DNA of 64,000 nucleotides from Felis catus. Taxonomy: Eukaryota. Every line of letters starts with the position of its first letter. Position 1 is the stretch's first letter. The stretch covers positions 181,290,001 to 181,354,000 of the forward strand of contig NC_058368.1 in NCBI RefSeq assembly GCF_018350175.1, written 5' to 3'. This document shows positions 63,450 through 64,000 of this stretch, one piece after another. The position numbers and the translations under genes were made by a program. The notes beneath the pieces were generated by a model, which was not told where the DNA came from, made no database searches, and saw nothing but the letters and a program-made list of their open reading frames with translations.

Positions 63450-64000
63450 GTTAGAGGAGCAGCATAAGAAGTATGAGCAATTGTTAAAGGGCACCAAGAA
63501 GTGAAAAGATAATACCCCACACCCATACACAGGATCACCATACATTTCACCAATCAGCAATAATGAGTTTCCCTTCACTGGAGGATGTGGTGAAAAATAC
63601 ACGCAAGTTTCACGCAAAAGCAATTGTGACAAACTTGGGAGGGAGTCGCTGAGGACTTGCTGACCAAAGTGGTTAAAAGGACTTCCTTCAAAGGTTTCTC
63701 TCTCTTGAAGGGGCTACACCAGAACATTACCATTTTCACTAGCTTGAACTCACCCCGCTTGAGGCGCAAGTGATAGTCAATCATAATATTTGCCTGCAGG
63801 AATCCTGCATTCACTGTAATGATAGGATCTTCTGATCTTACCCTATGCTGATGGATAGTCAGTCATTTTTCATAACCCCAAATCACCATCATTAGTTCTT
63901 TCTCAGGGAAATGCACCAGGAAATTCTCCAATTTCAGAGGCCTTTCATCTCCTCTCATGGCTCTCAAACACTACAGTGCCTCTCTCTACTACTCCTCTCT

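Noticed and set aside
63155..63553. 132-aa minus-strand ORF
   Set aside because: Largely antisense to an L1MB 3' UTR
1..64000. CRISPR arrays, operons, endogenous viral ORFs, NUMTs, processed pseudogenes, CpG island
   Set aside because: None recognised by eye; a highly decayed pseudogene or viral relic cannot be excluded without BLASTX

Overview
AT-rich mammalian genomic DNA with no CpG island. It comes from a feliform carnivore, most likely a felid: 18 tRNA-derived Can-SINEs are present, many with the feliform-type GCTCTGTGCTGACAGCTCAGAGCCTGGAGCCTGCT segment. I recognise no protein-coding gene or RNA gene. The ORF track is explained by SINEs, microsatellites, old L1/L2 remnants and chance short ORFs. 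The window looks like a large intron or gene desert. It holds Can-SINEs, L1 3' ends, L2/MIR relics, one MaLR LTR and Tigger/hAT DNA transposon fossils, separated by repeat-poor blocks rich in homeodomain, SOX and TALE motifs that may be developmental enhancers. I found no convincing undescribed biological system. The best directly visible oddities are: two tandem SINEs sharing a triplicated 17-bp target site, an L1 with a 16-bp TSD and a possible very short 3' transduction, a SINE inserted in an AT-rich palindrome, a GAS/TEAD palindrome, a MEIS/PBX motif cluster and a few unverified splice-signal-bounded candidate exons. Repeat family names come from recalled consensus sequences, not a database search, and boundaries of old repeats are approximate.
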